This document shows positions 11,362-25,554 of a DNA stretch of 64,000 bases, in pieces. Source of the DNA: Camelus dromedarius (lineage: Eukaryota); the NCBI RefSeq assembly GCF_036321535.1, contig NC_087436.1, positions 38,566,001 through 38,630,000 on the forward strand, given 5' to 3'. The notes beneath the pieces were generated by a model, which saw only the letters and a program-made list of their open reading frames with translations, was not told the DNA's origin and searched no databases. How positions within the stretch are numbered: the stretch's first letter is position 1; each line of letters begins with the position of its first letter. The translations under genes and the position numbers were made by a program.

Positions 11362-12940
11362 AAATAAAAGTAAGTCAGAGGACTGACACTACTTGACTAC
11401 AAAACTTACTATAAAGCTGCAGTGATCCAGAGAGTGTGATATTGGCATAAGAATAAACAAATAAATCTAGGGAACAGCATAGAGAGCCTAGAAACAGAGC
11501 TACATATAGTTAATTCACCTTTGACAAGGGAGCAAAGGCAATACAGAGGAACAAAGACAGTCTTTTCAACAAATGGTGTTGGAACAATTGGACATCTAAC
11601 GTCTTAAAAAAAAAAAAAAAGAATCTAGACACAGACCTTACTTACATCACCCACAAAAACTAACTCAAATGGATCACAGACCTAAATGTAAAATGCAAAA
11701 CTATAAAAGTCCTGGAACATAACAGAGGAGAAAATCTAGGTGACAGGTATCATGATGACATTTTAAATACAACACCAAGGTACAATCCATGAAAAACAGA
11801 ACTGATATGCTGGACTTCACTACAGTTAAAAACTTCTGGTCTGCAAAAGACAATGTCAAGAGTAGGAGAAGACAAGACCGGGGGAAAATATTTGCAAAAG
11901 GCATATCTGATAAAGGACTGTTATCCAACATTTACAAAGTTCAACAATAAGAAAATAAATAATCTGATTTTTTTAACGGGCAAAATGTCTTAACAGACAC
12001 CTAACTAAAGAAGATACACAGATGGCAAGTAAGCATATGAGGAGGTGTTCAACATTATATGTCATTACGGAACTGAGATTTAAAACAGTGAGATGCCACT
12101 ATACACCTATTAGAATGGCCAAAATTCAAAACACTGACAACAGCAAGTGCTGGAGAGGTTGCAGAGCAACACAAATTCATATATTGCTGGTGGGAATGCA
12201 AAACGATACAACTACTTTAGTAAAAAACTAAACATACTCTTACCATACAATCCAGTAATCACAATCCTTGGTATTTACACAAATGTTGAAATCTATGTCC
12301 ACACAAAAACCTTAAATGAAAGCTCACAGCAACTTTATTCATAACTGCCAAAACTTGGAAGCATTCAAGATGTCCTTTAGAAGGTGAATGCATAAATAAA
12401 CTGTGATATATACAGACAGTGGAATAGTATTCAGTACTAAAAATGAGTTATCAATCCATAAAAAGATATGGAGGAACCTTAAACACATACTAATAAGTGA
12501 AATAAGCCAATCTGAAAGGGCTACTTACACGTTGCATGATTCCAACTATTTGAATTCCAGAAAAGGCAAAACTATGGAGACAGTAAAAAGGTTAGTAGTT
12601 GCCAGTGTTGGGCGGAGGCAGAACACAGAGGATTTTCAGGGAAGTGAAAATACTCTATGATACTACAAGATGGATACATGTCATTATACATTTGTCCAAA
12701 CCCACAGAATGTATAACACTAAGAGTGAACCCTAATGTAAACTATGGACTTTGGATGATAAAGATGTGTCAATGTAGGTTCACCAGTTATAGTAAGTATA
12801 CTCTGGTGAGAGATGTTGATAATGGGGGAGCCTGTGCATGGGTGGTGGTAGAGGGTATAGAGGAGTTTCTCAGCCCTCCTCTTAATTTTGCTGTGAACCT
12901 AAAACTGCTCTAAAAATAAAGTTTATTAATGTTTTAAAAA
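11362..12940 (+). mobile_element. L1MC1-like LINE-1 (ORF2 3' part plus full 3' UTR)
   Basis: ORF2 remnants (HYTPIRMAKIQNTDNSKCWRGC) and diagnostic 3' UTR gatggatacatgtcattatacatttgtccaaacccacagaatgt...aaccctaatgtaaactatggactttgg...aaaactgctctaaaaataaag. Confidence 0.9.
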
Positions 12941-13878
12941 CAACCAAAATAGATGTATAGATACACACACACACACCCCAATCCTTTTTCCACATGTCAG
13001 GACACTGATTACTCAGCTTTCTCGTACTCCTCAGCTCATGTAATTCTTATTATTTTTAAAGAATGGTAAGGCTGTATCACTGACCACTTTGAAATATCTG
13101 AGATTAATTTAAACCCCAAATGATAAGTATCTACAATTACTTAAAGACAGATAAAAGACTAGACAGAAACAGGTATTTTGATATTCCTTTTTGGGTAGCC
13201 TGCTGATTCTTGAATAAAGTTAATCACTTTAATTTAAATGAAAAAAAGTTAGGTTGTCATTAATATAGTTCTACATGACGAGTAACACAATCTTATTCAG
13301 GACTGTGCGATGCTGAGAGAATCTAACCCATGTTTTAGTGTGACTGTTTACTCCAGTTTCTCTTCCCGTATTTTTAATTCCCAGAAATGTGAGGGGCATA
13401 ATATTCAAAATTAGTGTCCAATTATAAAATATGAGTATGCTTTTCTTAGGTTTATAGTCCTGAAAGTATATATATGTTCTTCCCAAAATGAATCATGTTA
13501 AAAATTCTATGAAGGAACTGATACTTAAATAATTTTGTGACAAATTAATTTGTTAGAAGAAGATAATATATAGTATATTGTGCTAACCAAATGTGTGATT
13601 AGATTAAAATGTATAATAAAATTTATTATAAAAGCATTACTATCACCTGAAAACTTATTTTCCTTCATTTATTTCATGTGAATCTGGGTATCAAATTCTG
13701 AGTATATGACAATATTTATGTATTTAACTATAAGCATCAAAACTGAAGACCAAATATCGGTAAATAGTAAGAATAATTTGAAAACCTATAAATCAACATG
13801 TCTATTTATAGTTCAGTTGTAAAATTAGTAATTATTTTCAGGATGACCTCTGTGCCTTGATTTTAAAAATTAAGATCT

Positions 13879-13934
13879 CTCTGATGTACACCAGAAAATA
13901 ACACAACATTGTAAATCGACTATACTTCAACTTA
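13879..13934 (+). mobile_element. Micro-insertion: last ~56 bp of L1 with 14-bp TSD
   Basis: tgtacaccagaaaataacacaacattgtaaatcgactatacttcaactta flanked by aaaaattaagatct (13865-13878) and aaaaattatgatct (13935-13948). Confidence 0.85.
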
Positions 13935-14129
13935 AAAAATTATGATCTTCCAGTTATGACAGACTAAATTACAAGGACCAAGAGTCAGAAGAAAGACATA
14001 TAGAGACTGGAATTTCCCACTTAGTGCCTCCTAATCCCCCTAGAGGTAATGAAAGCCTGAGTAATGCTTTTGGCAGCCTCTCGAGCCACAGTGGATAGTA
14101 CAAGAAGTCAGAAAGTGCAATTTTGGGAA

Positions 14130-14275
14130 GAAGAGAAGGAGTAGTGTTGACAGGGAGCAATGATCTTTTTACTGACCTTGGTGGTGGCTACACAAGTGCT
14201 TATTTACCATAACTCAGTGAGCTACACATTAGTATTTTGTGCACTAGTCTGTATGTGTATACTCTGAAGTAATAA
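14130..14275 (+). mobile_element. L1ME 3' UTR fragment
   Basis: tgaccttggtggtggctacacaagtg...gagctacacattagtattttgtgcact...tgtatgtgtatact. Confidence 0.6.
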
Positions 14276-14314
14276 GTAAAACGATATAATGAGAAATACC
14301 AACATATGCTTATG

Positions 14315-14480
14315 CCTTTAATTCACTTCAACAAACATCAAAGCATCTTCTCCATTCTGATCACTGTACTTAAAAAAAAAAAAAGTGCTAGCATTACAAC
14401 TTTAAATAAGAAAGACATGTCCCTGCCTTCATCAAGCTTGCAAACTAGGAAAAATATGGCATTGTGAAATACTATTGCAC
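14315..14480 (-). mobile_element. L2 3' fragment
   Basis: aattcacttcaacaaacat...aataagaaagacatgtccctgccttcatcaagcttgcaaactag. Confidence 0.6.
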
Positions 14481-14629
14481 AACATCCAAGAGTTTAGCAC
14501 TTACATGGAAAGCGACTAATTTAATAAAGGAAAATTAGTCAGTTCTGAAGAGTACACAAAAACCCAACTTCTAAATTTACTACTTGGTTTTCCGTGGTCA
14601 TACATTTGCTGTGGCTTTTAAACATATTA

Positions 14630-14735
14630 AATAGATTGCAAACTCCTTGAGGTTAGAATCCATGTTTTATTCATCTCTGAATCCTCTGTTTCCTGCACGA
14701 GGTCTAGCTATGAGATGTAATAGATTGGATGAAGA
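14630..14735 (+). mobile_element. L2 3' fragment
   Basis: tagattgcaaactccttgaggttagaatccatgttttattcatctctgaatcc. Confidence 0.65.
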
Positions 14736-14979
14736 AATAAAACAAGATACATAGAATATCTTCTTTAATGTACCTGGTTGTATATTTGACTCTTCCTTTT
14801 TAAAGATAAGCCAGGTCAAGGTAGAGACTTAATTCTTTAAATTTTATGGAATAACATTAAACGTCATAAACATCATACATAAATTTAGCACTTAATAATT
14901 CTTTCATGATTATTAAACATCCATTGCTCAACTTTCAATTTTTAATCTTAGACCGATTCATGACAATCAAATAACAACT

Positions 14980-15110
14980 GAATTTTAGCACTATGAGGAT
15001 TTGTAATTTAGTCCAAGTTTTTCACTTCATTGATGAGGTAAGTGAAATCCTGAGAAGTTTAATGACTTGCCTAAATTCATAAACTAATACATTAATACTT
15101 AAACAGCTCT
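14980..15110 (-). mobile_element. MIR fragment
   Basis: tagtccaag...cattgatgaggtaagtgaaatcctgagaagtttaatgacttgcctaaattcata. Confidence 0.55.
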
Positions 15111-16680
15111 GACCTGCAAATTCTTCGTATTTAAAGAAGAAAATTTCAACTGAGATCAATTTATTTGTTTTCAAATCTATACTGTTTGATGGTAACTTAA
15201 GTCAAAAAAGAAAAATAATTCATACTCAGTGTATGAAAAGCTGTGTGATTCGTTTTACACAGAAGGAAAAGGGAAGTAGGAAATATACAATATTCATGTG
15301 AGAAAAATAGAGATCTACAAAGTGTGTGTATTTAATACCAACAAATGGTTTCAATAGAGTCAACGCTATTTTTCTGGGGATCAGTAACTGCAAGTTATTC
15401 AAAAAACTGTCTATAATTATAAAGCTTGGAAAATAATCTACCTTCACAATCGTTTTCTATCTGCCTTCACAATCATTTTCTACTTGCTATCAAGAAATTC
15501 AGTCTACCTAACCCATAGATTTCACATTTGTTATTATTGTTGTTTTAATCATAGCATCATCAGCCTGAGGAGATTCAGTCAAAAGAACTGAGTCTCTGCC
15601 TTGAACTATCTTATCTTATATTTAAAAAGAAAAGTCAAATTGACAATCAAATATATTAGACTCTTGAAATATGTGATCATTTTCTAAAAGAAAAATCACA
15701 TTACATTTACAAATCAGAGAAAGGTTTTAGCTTAGAAGGCTTTTTCACAAGACAGTGCTGAGAACTGACAGTGAGGGCCTCAGGAGTTCGTATCACTAAT
15801 TAATCTCTCTGGCATCCAGAGGTTTATTTTCCACACTGGGGCTTATTCTTAGGTAAAAAAACAATCATGAATGGAGGTTCATTTCCGAGTTGTTATGCTA
15901 AATAATAAAAGTAGCCATGGCCCAATACATCATTTATTCTTACCAAGAAACTACATTGAGATGATTGGGTGAGTGACAAATAACAGACATAGAAATTATG
16001 GTAACCATGGGTTTAATTATGGGTATATGAAAAAAAAAGTGTTTGAATATTAAAAGATTATCTGAAATCACAGATTATACAACTACTTGGGCACTCAATC
16101 TTTTTAATCAAATTGAGTTAATCAAACCTGAATAGTTATTCATTTACACTGAAAAATTCTTGCACCAAAGAGATAAATTTCCTAGGACTCAAATGTTTCT
16201 TAGAGTTAAAAGTTGAATTAGAAAGAGATGAACATTTCATGAAGATAAACTGGATTATAAATTCAGAGAAAAATTTTGCTTTGGCAAAACACTTTGTAAT
16301 CTAGAAATTAAAATGAAAATAAACATATGAAATATTTTTACAATCAAAAAGTTACACCAGTTTTTACCTACTTTTATGTGTACTGTATTAGCTCCCAAGT
16401 TTTCTCAATGGTAGCATTATTTCACATTATTCTTCTACACATGACTATTTTTGGTGTTTTATATTTAGAAAAAATGTGTTAGTTTCTTGTTTTTCAGAGA
16501 TAATATCCAAAGACAGTAGAGATGAAAATTGCATAATCAAAATCCTTACTCTCTGATATAAAAGAAACAATGCTTCTTTGAGTTATAGTCTGGCCCTAAA
16601 TAATAGTATAATATTAGATAATATTAATAGAGAAAAAACAAATATAAGAGCCTTGAAGGTCATCAGCAACAGAAAAAACA

Positions 16681-16765
16681 CAGTTGTACCTCAGTATCCC
16701 ACAGGAGCTCCTGTAGGTACCAAAATCCGCGGACGTTCACGTCTCTTATCTAAAATAAATACACA
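16681..16765 (+). mobile_element. MER2-like (Tigger/TcMar) terminal fragment
   Basis: cagttgtacctcagtatcc...taccaaaatccgcggacgttcacgtctcttatctaaaat matches the recalled MER2 5' end. Confidence 0.65.
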
Positions 16766-17269
16766 GTACAGTGAACACTATACATAAGACTCTGAGCACT
16801 CTGCTGTTTTATAAAGATAAGTAAAACCTCATCCAACTGTTTGGGAAAACTCAAAAGAGCAGGGGTATTGCCTGAAAATGACAACAGTGAACAAGGATAA
16901 TGCTCCCACTCCAGACCCTTATGGCATGTGAGGGGAAACAATGTCCCTGCAGTCAAGGCTAAGATAAAGGAAGTAGAAACAACATTCAAAGATTTGGTTG
17001 TGGACTTTTAACCATAAAAATTAATTCCCTAAGACACAGTGATGGGATTTTAAAGGGAAAGATAAGGTGGAAGGATAAATAAGAGGTAAACAAATACAGA
17101 GAAAACATGATAGCATCACGTGAAATGGCAGTTCCACAGAGTTGAGGAGGTCAGTGATTACAGTCGGACTTTGTCTAATGAGAACAATTACAAGTAGTAT
17201 GGTACAATTACTCTACCAAGGCTCTCTCTGTATCAGTCTACTCATGCTCACTTCCCCTTAATTTTTCAA

Positions 17270-17760
17270 TCCCCTTCAATCTAGCTTCCTTCTCCACATT
17301 CCACTAAAACTAGTTTTGCTAAATTCATCCGTGAGTTCCACGTTGCCAAACCCAGTGAAATTTTCCTTTCACATAGTCTAACCCTCAGCAGCCTTGGCAG
17401 GTTTGACTGTTCTCACTTTCCTTTCCTGGCTTTGCCTGCAACACACATTCCTGCATTTCCTCTTATTCTATTGACTGCTCTTTCCCAATCTCCTTTATTG
17501 TCTTCTCCTCTTACCCTAGTATGATTTCCTTCTCTTTCTCTATCCTCTTCCTAGCTAATCCCAGTCAATTTCATGACTTTAAATACCATTATTTCATAAT
17601 GATTCCAAAATTTATATCTCTAGCCCAGGCTTTCCTTCTGAACTTAAGTTACATTCATCCAACAGCTTACTTGACATTGCTATTTGGATGTCTAATAAGC
17701 ACTTCAGAATTAACGTGACTCTCAAATTGTTTCCACTTTCATCCTCCATTTGCCATCACA
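17270..17760 (+). mobile_element. L2 internal (ORF2 3') fragment
   Basis: ttcaatctagcttcc...ttccactaaaac...ccacgttgccaaacccagtg...ctcagcagc...catgactttaaataccatt...tggatgtctaataagcact. Confidence 0.75.
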
Positions 17761-18027
17761 ATGAAGTCAGTAGAATAAATAATTGAGAAAAAAATTACTA
17801 AATTTTAATGTGATACATTTACTTTATCCATCTTTATTTTAGTTGCTCTTCTCTCTCTATAAGCCGAATAAGGTTAAAAATCTCACAATAATACTGATTA
17901 GCATCCTGCTTGGTAAACCAGAGCCACAATGAGCTTGAATCATTTGGTTTGTGTTCTTCCCCACCTCCCTTTATTTTTCTTTCGTTTGGTAGCAATCTCC
18001 TATTTTTCTGGAGAATTCTCTTCTAGT

Positions 18028-18255
18028 AGCAGCAGTTTAGAGTGGTGATTAAGCTTGTGGACTCCAGAGTCAGACTGTCTGGATGCTAAGTTCAGCTTTA
18101 CTATATATTAGTCACATGACTCTGTTTCTTCATCTATGAAATGGGGATGATAATAATTGTATCTACTTTACAAGGCCGTTATGAAGATAAGTTAATGCAC
18201 ATAAAACTTATAAAATGGGGTCTGACATGTAGTAAATGTTCACAATGTTTATTAC
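18028..18255 (+). mobile_element. MIR, near full length
   Basis: agtggtgattaagcttgtggactccagagtcagactgtctgg...ctgtttcttcatctatgaaatggggatgataata...tctgacatgtagtaaatgttca. Confidence 0.85.
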
Positions 18256-19849
18256 TCTTATTTTCTCTGACTCTCATATGCCAATGAAAGAAGAAACCTA
18301 GACTAGGCTATCACTCATTTTAGTTGTTTTCAAATGAAGATCCTTTTCATTATTAACACTACTTTCATCTCACTCTTATAGGTGCAATTCTTGGGAAAAA
18401 AATCAATAACTTGCTCTTTTAGAAGGGACAGACTATTTAGGGGAACAGCTAACATTAAATAAAATCACTTAACCCGCTATTTATAAATCTAACTAATCTT
18501 GTTTCAAGATAGTGAGAAAAGCAGGTAACTTGCAATATATTTTCAGACCTCACTTTGAGGGGAATTCTTTTGGGAATTATTTATTCAAACAACACAAATT
18601 AGGTCTAAAGAAGAAAAAAAACAAAGTTACAAAACTGGATTGCATCAAACAGTTACAACATCCATTTGAAAAGAGGTTTAAAATATTATCTCTGCAAACA
18701 TTAACTGAAAAATTTTCCCAAACATGGATTGACTAATCTCAAGTTTAATTTCTAAAAATTAAAAAAGCTATTTGAATAATGTAAAGTCAGTCTTCTCACT
18801 TTATTTATTTTGATTTCATTTGTAAAGCCAAAAGCCCTCAGGTTTTAACATTGTATTCTTGTTAGAATCATGCAAACTTAAAACATTCATATTAAACTGA
18901 ACTAAAAACAGAAATCACAGGATAGCCTTGAAAACATAAACTTATCTTTTACCAAGTAAGGTTCAAGGAACATATTAAGCAATGCTAAGCTCAGGTGCCA
19001 TTTTAAAATAGTTTTGGCACAACAATTGGAAAAACTGAAGCTCAGAACTGATTGTATCATATACAGTGCCAGTAAGTTTTTCTTTTGCCTAAGTGCAGAT
19101 GATAATCAGATGGATTATTTTAATAAGAATTCCATAAAAGAAAACTAAAATAGATTCTTTTAGGGTTTTATGAAATTTTACTAGCTTTGAAAATGTTATA
19201 TAAATGAATTCTCTAGATTACCTACTGTTAAACTATGACATCCAAGTAGAGCATAATGTCCTTCAGTCCTGTTGGTTTTCCCTCTCTTACATGCACACAA
19301 AATAAAATTAGTGCTCTCAGACATATGGGGAATATCCAGAGCAAGGACAGTCTTACTGTAGGTTCTACTGCACTTACAGTTGTGATAAAGACAAATTTTT
19401 CTTATGAAGGCAATAATCAATTAGGAGAGAAGTTTGGAAACTGCTTAAAAGGAATATGTACTATGTGAATTTACTGTGACTAAATTCTAAATAATTGCTA
19501 ATTGCCAAACACAAGAATAATAGTCATTAAAACATTAAAATTTTATTGTCAAAGATAATTTGCTTGTTGTCATGGGAATATTCTGCATTCATAAAAATAA
19601 GTAATGCTTAAAATAAATTAAGAGATATGTGAAGTTCATTAGATATATTCTAATTTTACATACTTAAATTGTCATAGTATTCTCATAAATGGTAAGACAA
19701 GTCTTCATCTGTCACCCTCTGAAGTCAAGAAAAAAAATCTGAGTTAAAAGAGTAGATTTTACAAACACATTCAATTCACTGCGTCAGAAACCTCAGTATA
19801 ATTGCATATTTTAAAGACAGAAATTCACAAGGAAAACAAGAGAAGTAAC

Positions 19850-22800
19850 AAACTTCTGGAACCTGAGAAATATGTGGGAGTGAGAATGCCTAATTTAAAA
19901 TCAGCAGTAGCAAAATCTAAGAACTTAGGTTTACACAGAAGAATCCTCTAAAAGTTCAGGAATTGTAACAATAGGTTTTTCTGGAATTTATAGTTTAAAG
20001 GGGAAGTTAAAATAAGGAGTATTGGATAAGAAATGTGTGATAAATTAGGATTTCCCTAGACACACTTCCCTCTCATTAATCTGATATCTACCCTTCCTAA
20101 ATCCTTGCTGAAGACTGGTGAATTATTTTCTGGCGAAATGTAGAACTAACTCATATTAACTGAATACATATTAAATATTGAAAGCTGAGACACAATCTAT
20201 TTTCCTCACTCAGCTGCCAGAGCACTGATCTTCACATTCCAAAGAGTCTTTTGTGAAAGAAAACTCTCTTAGAAGAACACACAGTCTTAGGAAAATTTAA
20301 AGTATTGGGATACTGGGGTTCTCCAGCAACAATCCCATTTAGATCACTCTATAGAAGCTAAAATCAGTAATTTCCACCTATATTTTCAGAGTTTCCAATT
20401 ACCATTTTAGTCTCCCATTCTTAAGTATGAGGATAATATCAAAGACACCAGAAATTTGGGTAAAGTCTTTAACGTGGTTTCAAACAGACAAAGTAACTTT
20501 GAAAAACTGACATTACAGAAGAAAAAATTTCAATATCTATCATTAATAAGTAAGAATACATATTACAATCATGAAATGGTAAACTTTAAAAGGATGGATT
20601 AAAAGATTCAGAGATTAATAAAGAAGTCCTCAAAATAAGTATAGATATCTAGAAATGGAAAATTCAATAGAAGGGTTAAAAAATGCAGTTAAGAAAATCT
20701 CCAAGAAAGGGAAGAAAATGACAAAGGAACAGAAAGCAAGGAAAAACAAATAAAATAAGAGAACCAGGCCAAAATAGCAACACCTGGATAATAAAGGCTA
20801 AAAAGAGATGATACACACACACAAAAAAAAATCCCACAAAATAAAACAAACAAAACAGAGAAAATGGATGTATAGAAGCCATTAATAAAATAATTAAAGA
20901 AAATTTCCTAAAAGTGAAGGACATAAATTCCTAGAAAAGTTTCAAGGGATGAAAATTAACCCTTCTCAAAGCATATCATTATGACATTTCAGAACACTAG
21001 GAATGGGGGGAAACAAGTTACTTTATAAATAAGAAATCAAACAGTCTGAGAGTACTCAGCAATAACACTGAAGGCAAGTGAGAAAATCCCATCAAATTCA
21101 GAGGAAAGAATAATTCCAACTTTACCCAAACCATACATCAAAGATAAAGGTAATCTGAAGACTTTTATAGGTACAGTAAGTTCTCAAAACTCTCTCTCAC
21201 ACATCTTTGTTCAGAAAGTAACTGAAGGATGTCTTCCAACAAAAAAGGAAATGAATCAAGAAAGAGGAAGAAATAAGATACAGAAAAGAAGAGATTGAAC
21301 ACAAGAGAAAAGCAAAAGATTTAACAGGATTGCATTCAAGGGAAATGCCAAAACAACAACCATTTAGTGCAGTGGAAAACTAGTCCAATTACAGTAGAAG
21401 GACTAAAGAGACATATATGTTGAGGACAGTCATCAAAATGCCCTTTTCCATTGTATCATCTTTCTAAACTTACGAAGTACTGAAGAATCTATTCCTTCAA
21501 AACAAGAGAATATATGGGAAATGAGAAAAAGCAAGAGCACATGGGCGAGAAAGTAAACTTGGAATCCAATTTAGGAATAAGGCAAAGGAAATACCCCAAA
21601 TAATCAGAAAGAGAAGCTCCAGGATGACTATTGTATAGAAAGGCTAAAGAGAAACCAGCCAAGATGGAAGCAAAATGAAAGCCAATCATAGAGATGTTTC
21701 CAAAAACATCTAAAATTATAAATCTACTTATGTGATTAACATTGTAGAAATTATATAGAGATATTATTAGAAATCATGGGGGGGGAAAGAGATATAAATA
21801 CAAAAAAATAAGGAAATGGAAAAAATTCAATCATTGGACTTAGTTAAAACTAAAGGTAAGTAAGAAAACAAACTACTACATTTTATACCATGAACAACAG
21901 TTACACAGACATCATAACTAAACAGTAAATATTGATTTAACCAAAACTGTAATTTAATTATATTAAAAAGATAGAAGAAGGGAGAAGAGGAGATGGTGTA
22001 TGGAAGTCCTAAAACATCATTCATTATAATAGAAAGTAAATCAGTAATCTTTAAAATTGATTAATTAAAGGGCAAAACACATTTCTTTGGAAAAATAGAG
22101 ATGTATAAATAATAAAAGACAGTTTTAGGAAGAGTTAAAAGCTATTGCTTCTTGAGAGAGAAACTGGAACATAACAGTTGAAAGAACTGTAGGAGAGAAC
22201 TAATGTATTTTGTTAGACATAGCTGACTAGAGTTATCTAACTGAAAGATTAGAAGAAATTATGATTAGCCCAGCAAAGAGACAAGTGAAAAAAAATGAAA
22301 GAGCATTTGAGACAAATAGGATAGAATGTGTAGTTTTAAAAAATACCTGATTGGCATCCCAGAAGAAAAGCAGAAGACTAATTAGACTGAAGTAATATAT
22401 AAATAGATAATATCTCAGGATATAGCATTTTTAGAGAAGTATAGCAGGTCAGATTCAGGAAGCACAATTTATCTAAGTGGGATAATTTAATTATAAATAA
22501 ATTAAAATATAGACATTAAAAAAATACACAAATTATGTTAAGAAGACCCTAATGAAAATGACAAATTATCATCAAAGGAAAAAAAATACTGATATCTGAC
22601 TACTTAGTAACAACTATAGAAGTCAAAAGAGTTTGGAAATAACTGTAAACTTGAAATTTAATTTCAAGAAATTAATTAATTAATTTTATTTCTAGAAATA
22701 AAATTCCAAATTAGGGTGAATGTATTTTCAGCTACCAAAAATGAGAAAGTTGATCATTAAGAAATACAGAAAAATTATACAGAATATATTTCATAAAGAA

Positions 22801-24185
22801 GGAAACTGATTCCAAATGGAAATTCTGAGAAACAAAAAGAAATGCTAATTTTTAAAAAATATGATAAATATAAGAGTAAATCTAAATATTTTGTGTGTTT
22901 AGAAAAACATTACAATACATTTTGGTGTATAAAAGAAAGACCAGAAGTATATGACAATATGACATAATAAAAATTGTTAGTGAAAAAATATTTTTTAAAT
23001 TGTAAAGTTTGTTGTTGAAAAAGTTAAAGCCTTTCATTGTATATTGTGTAGAAGGAGGGCATAGACATTAATTAACTTCAGATTTTGATAATGCATGAAT
23101 GATAAAATCTGCAGGACAATTACCAGAAAAATAGAAACTATGTATCATTTCCAGACTAGTAAGTAGAGAAACATATTGATAAAGGAAAATATTAAATCAA
23201 TCCAAATGAATATAAGGGAAAAAATGAATATAAGGGAAAGGCAGCACACATGTAAAACACAAAATAATATTAATAAATTCTAATATGGTAGTAATTACAA
23301 CAAATCTAAATGGCCTAAATGATTCAGTTAAAAGACAAAGATTTTCAGACTTGAAAAAAAAATCAGCTGTATGTTATTTAAAAGAAACATATTGAAAACA
23401 TGACTATACAGAAAGTCTGAAAGTAAATCAGAAAAGATATGTCAAACAAATAATAGTCAAATAAATCTGTTTTAGCTGTATCAATGTCAACAAATTAGAC
23501 CTTAATACTAAAAATTCTTACTACTAGATCACCATAAAATACAAAACATACATGCAAGTAATAACACAGCACAAAAATACACCAACAAAAACTGATAGAA
23601 CTAAAAGGAATAATCATAGTGGAGATTTTAACACACCTTTTTTAGCAATTACTATGTCAACAAGATTTTTAAGAAGCAAGCATACAAATTCTAATCACAG
23701 TTAACAAGTTTGATTTACATATAAAATACTGCATAGAATAATTGGAGAATACATATTCTTTTGAAGTCCAGAAACAATTTAAAATTGTTCACGTAACAAT
23801 GCTTTACGTTCACATAAAGCCTTTTATGTAGATGTTCATATCACTGTTATTCATAATAGCTTAAAATAGATACAATTCAAATGTCCATTAACAGGTAAAA
23901 GGACAAAAGAAATGTTATATATTCCTACAACAGAACACTATTCAACAGTAAAAAATGGAACAAATTACTGATACATGCAATAAAGAGATAAAGTTGAAAA
24001 ATATTATGCTGCTAAACAAAGCCATTTACCAAAGTCTGTATGTTGTATGATTACATGTATATAAAATTTTTAGAAGAGACAACACTATGGAGTAAGAAAA
24101 CAGATCAGCGGTTGCCTGAGGCTAGGCACAGAAGAAAGGATTGGCTGCAAATTACAGAGGGGAACTTTTAGGGTGAAAAAGGATA
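19850..24185 (+). mobile_element. Composite of ancient L1M (L1ME/MD-type) pieces: 5' UTR/ORF1, ORF2 5' end and a 3' end
   Basis: Very A-rich; ORF1-type motifs (aaataattaaagaaaatttcct..aagtgaaggacat), ORF2 endonuclease-region motifs (gtaattacaacaaatctaaatggcctaaatg..cagttaaaagacaaagattttcagac; aatcatagtggagattttaacacacc), 3' end at about 23820-24185. Confidence 0.7.
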
Positions 24186-24375
24186 GTCTAAAAAGGTGAC
24201 ATACTATATGATTCCAACTACATGACATTTTGGAAAAGGCAAAGATATGTAAAAAATGTACCACACTAATGCAAGATGTAACAGTAAGGGAAATTGAGTG
24301 CAGCGTAGGGTATATGGAACTCTGTACTATCTGCTCAATTTTTCTGCAAATCTGAAACTGTACTAAAAAAAAATG
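24186..24375 (+). mobile_element. L1MC-type 3' UTR fragment
   Basis: catactatatgattccaactacatgacattttggaaaaggcaaa...aaatgtaccacactaatgcaagatgt...ggaactctgtactatctgctcaatttttctg. Confidence 0.75.
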
Positions 24376-24759
24376 ATTTAAATTTTCTCACATTTTTAGT
24401 TTTCTAGTAACAACTATAAAATAAAAGAATTTCAGATACATGAAGCATCTTTATTTTCCCATGTCCAAATAATAAATATACATATTTCCTTTCTACTACA
24501 CCAAATCTGTCTTCCTTTTCTTCATAGCCAGTATTCTTAAAATAACTGACTATATTTAGTGTTTCCATTTCCTCTTCTCTATGCACTCTGATTCTACATT
24601 TATTATTCTTAAAAAAGGCAACAGCCTCTCTCCAATGTATATTTTTCAATGATAATCTCATTTTAACTTACGCAAAATTTTGAGTTCTTCCCAGTCCTTT
24701 GAGGGGGAACTAAAAGAGAATAAAATGTATAAAATGCAAGTCCCTACCAATGGCATTTT

Positions 24760-25490
24760 TTATTGTATTCACTTAATCACAATCATCCCAGTCAAAATTT
24801 AGAATCTTTCTGCCACACCTGAATGCTTCCTCTCGTTCTTTTCTAAATAACCCCTTTTCCCAGAAGTCTGATTTCTCCCCCTCAATTAGTTTTGTCTGTT
24901 CTAGAATTTTATATAAATGGAGTCATACAGTATGTATTCTTTCATGTCTAGCTTCTTTCATACAACTAATACTTTTAAAGATTCACTAATGCGTTTGAGA
25001 CTATTTGTAGTATATTCCTTTTAACTACTTAGTAGTTTTCCATTGCTACAATTTATTTACATATTTTTCCTATTGATGAATATTTGGGTTGTTTCCAGTC
25101 TCACTCATGAACAAAACTGCTATAGACATTCTTGTACAAACCTTTTTGTGACATATGCACTCACTTCGGGGGGTATATATCTAGAAGTAGACTTGCAGAG
25201 TCAAAGGTCTGTGTATGTTTAACTTGACAAGAAACTGCAAAAAATTATCCAATATGGTTGTACTATTTTACACAGCCCCAGCAACATATTTTTATTTTTA
25301 ATAAAATGTTTTATCTTTTAAATATGTAGAGATATCTCATTATGGTTTTAATTTTTATTTCCCTGATGTTGAATGATCTAAGCACCATTTGTACTTTTAT
25401 TGACTTGATCATTCAATTATTTTCTGTTGTGAAATGCAGGTTCACCTACATTATGTATTTAATTGCGCTATTTATCTTTTTTATTACCAC
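24760..25490 (-). mobile_element. Old L1M 3' end (L1MD/ME-type)
   Basis: ttagttttgtctgttctagaattttatataaatggagtcatacagtatgta...tttgggttgtttccag...ggttgtactattttacac. Confidence 0.8.
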
Positions 25491-25554
25491 TTAAAAATGA
25501 ATTATTATTCATTACAGGTGAGTTATTTAGTTACCCCATATTTGAGTACTTTAA

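Noticed and set aside
12022..12913. Chain of plus-strand ORFs
   Set aside because: L1MC1 ORF2 end and 3' UTR with frameshifts.
15507..15610. Minus-strand open stretch VQGRDSVLLTESPQADDAMIKTTIITNVKSM with possible splice sites
   Set aside because: Weak acceptor and donor, no recognisable homology, and a length expected by chance.
19196..19468. Overlapping ORFs on both strands in unique DNA
   Set aside because: No recognisable domain and no consistent splice frame.
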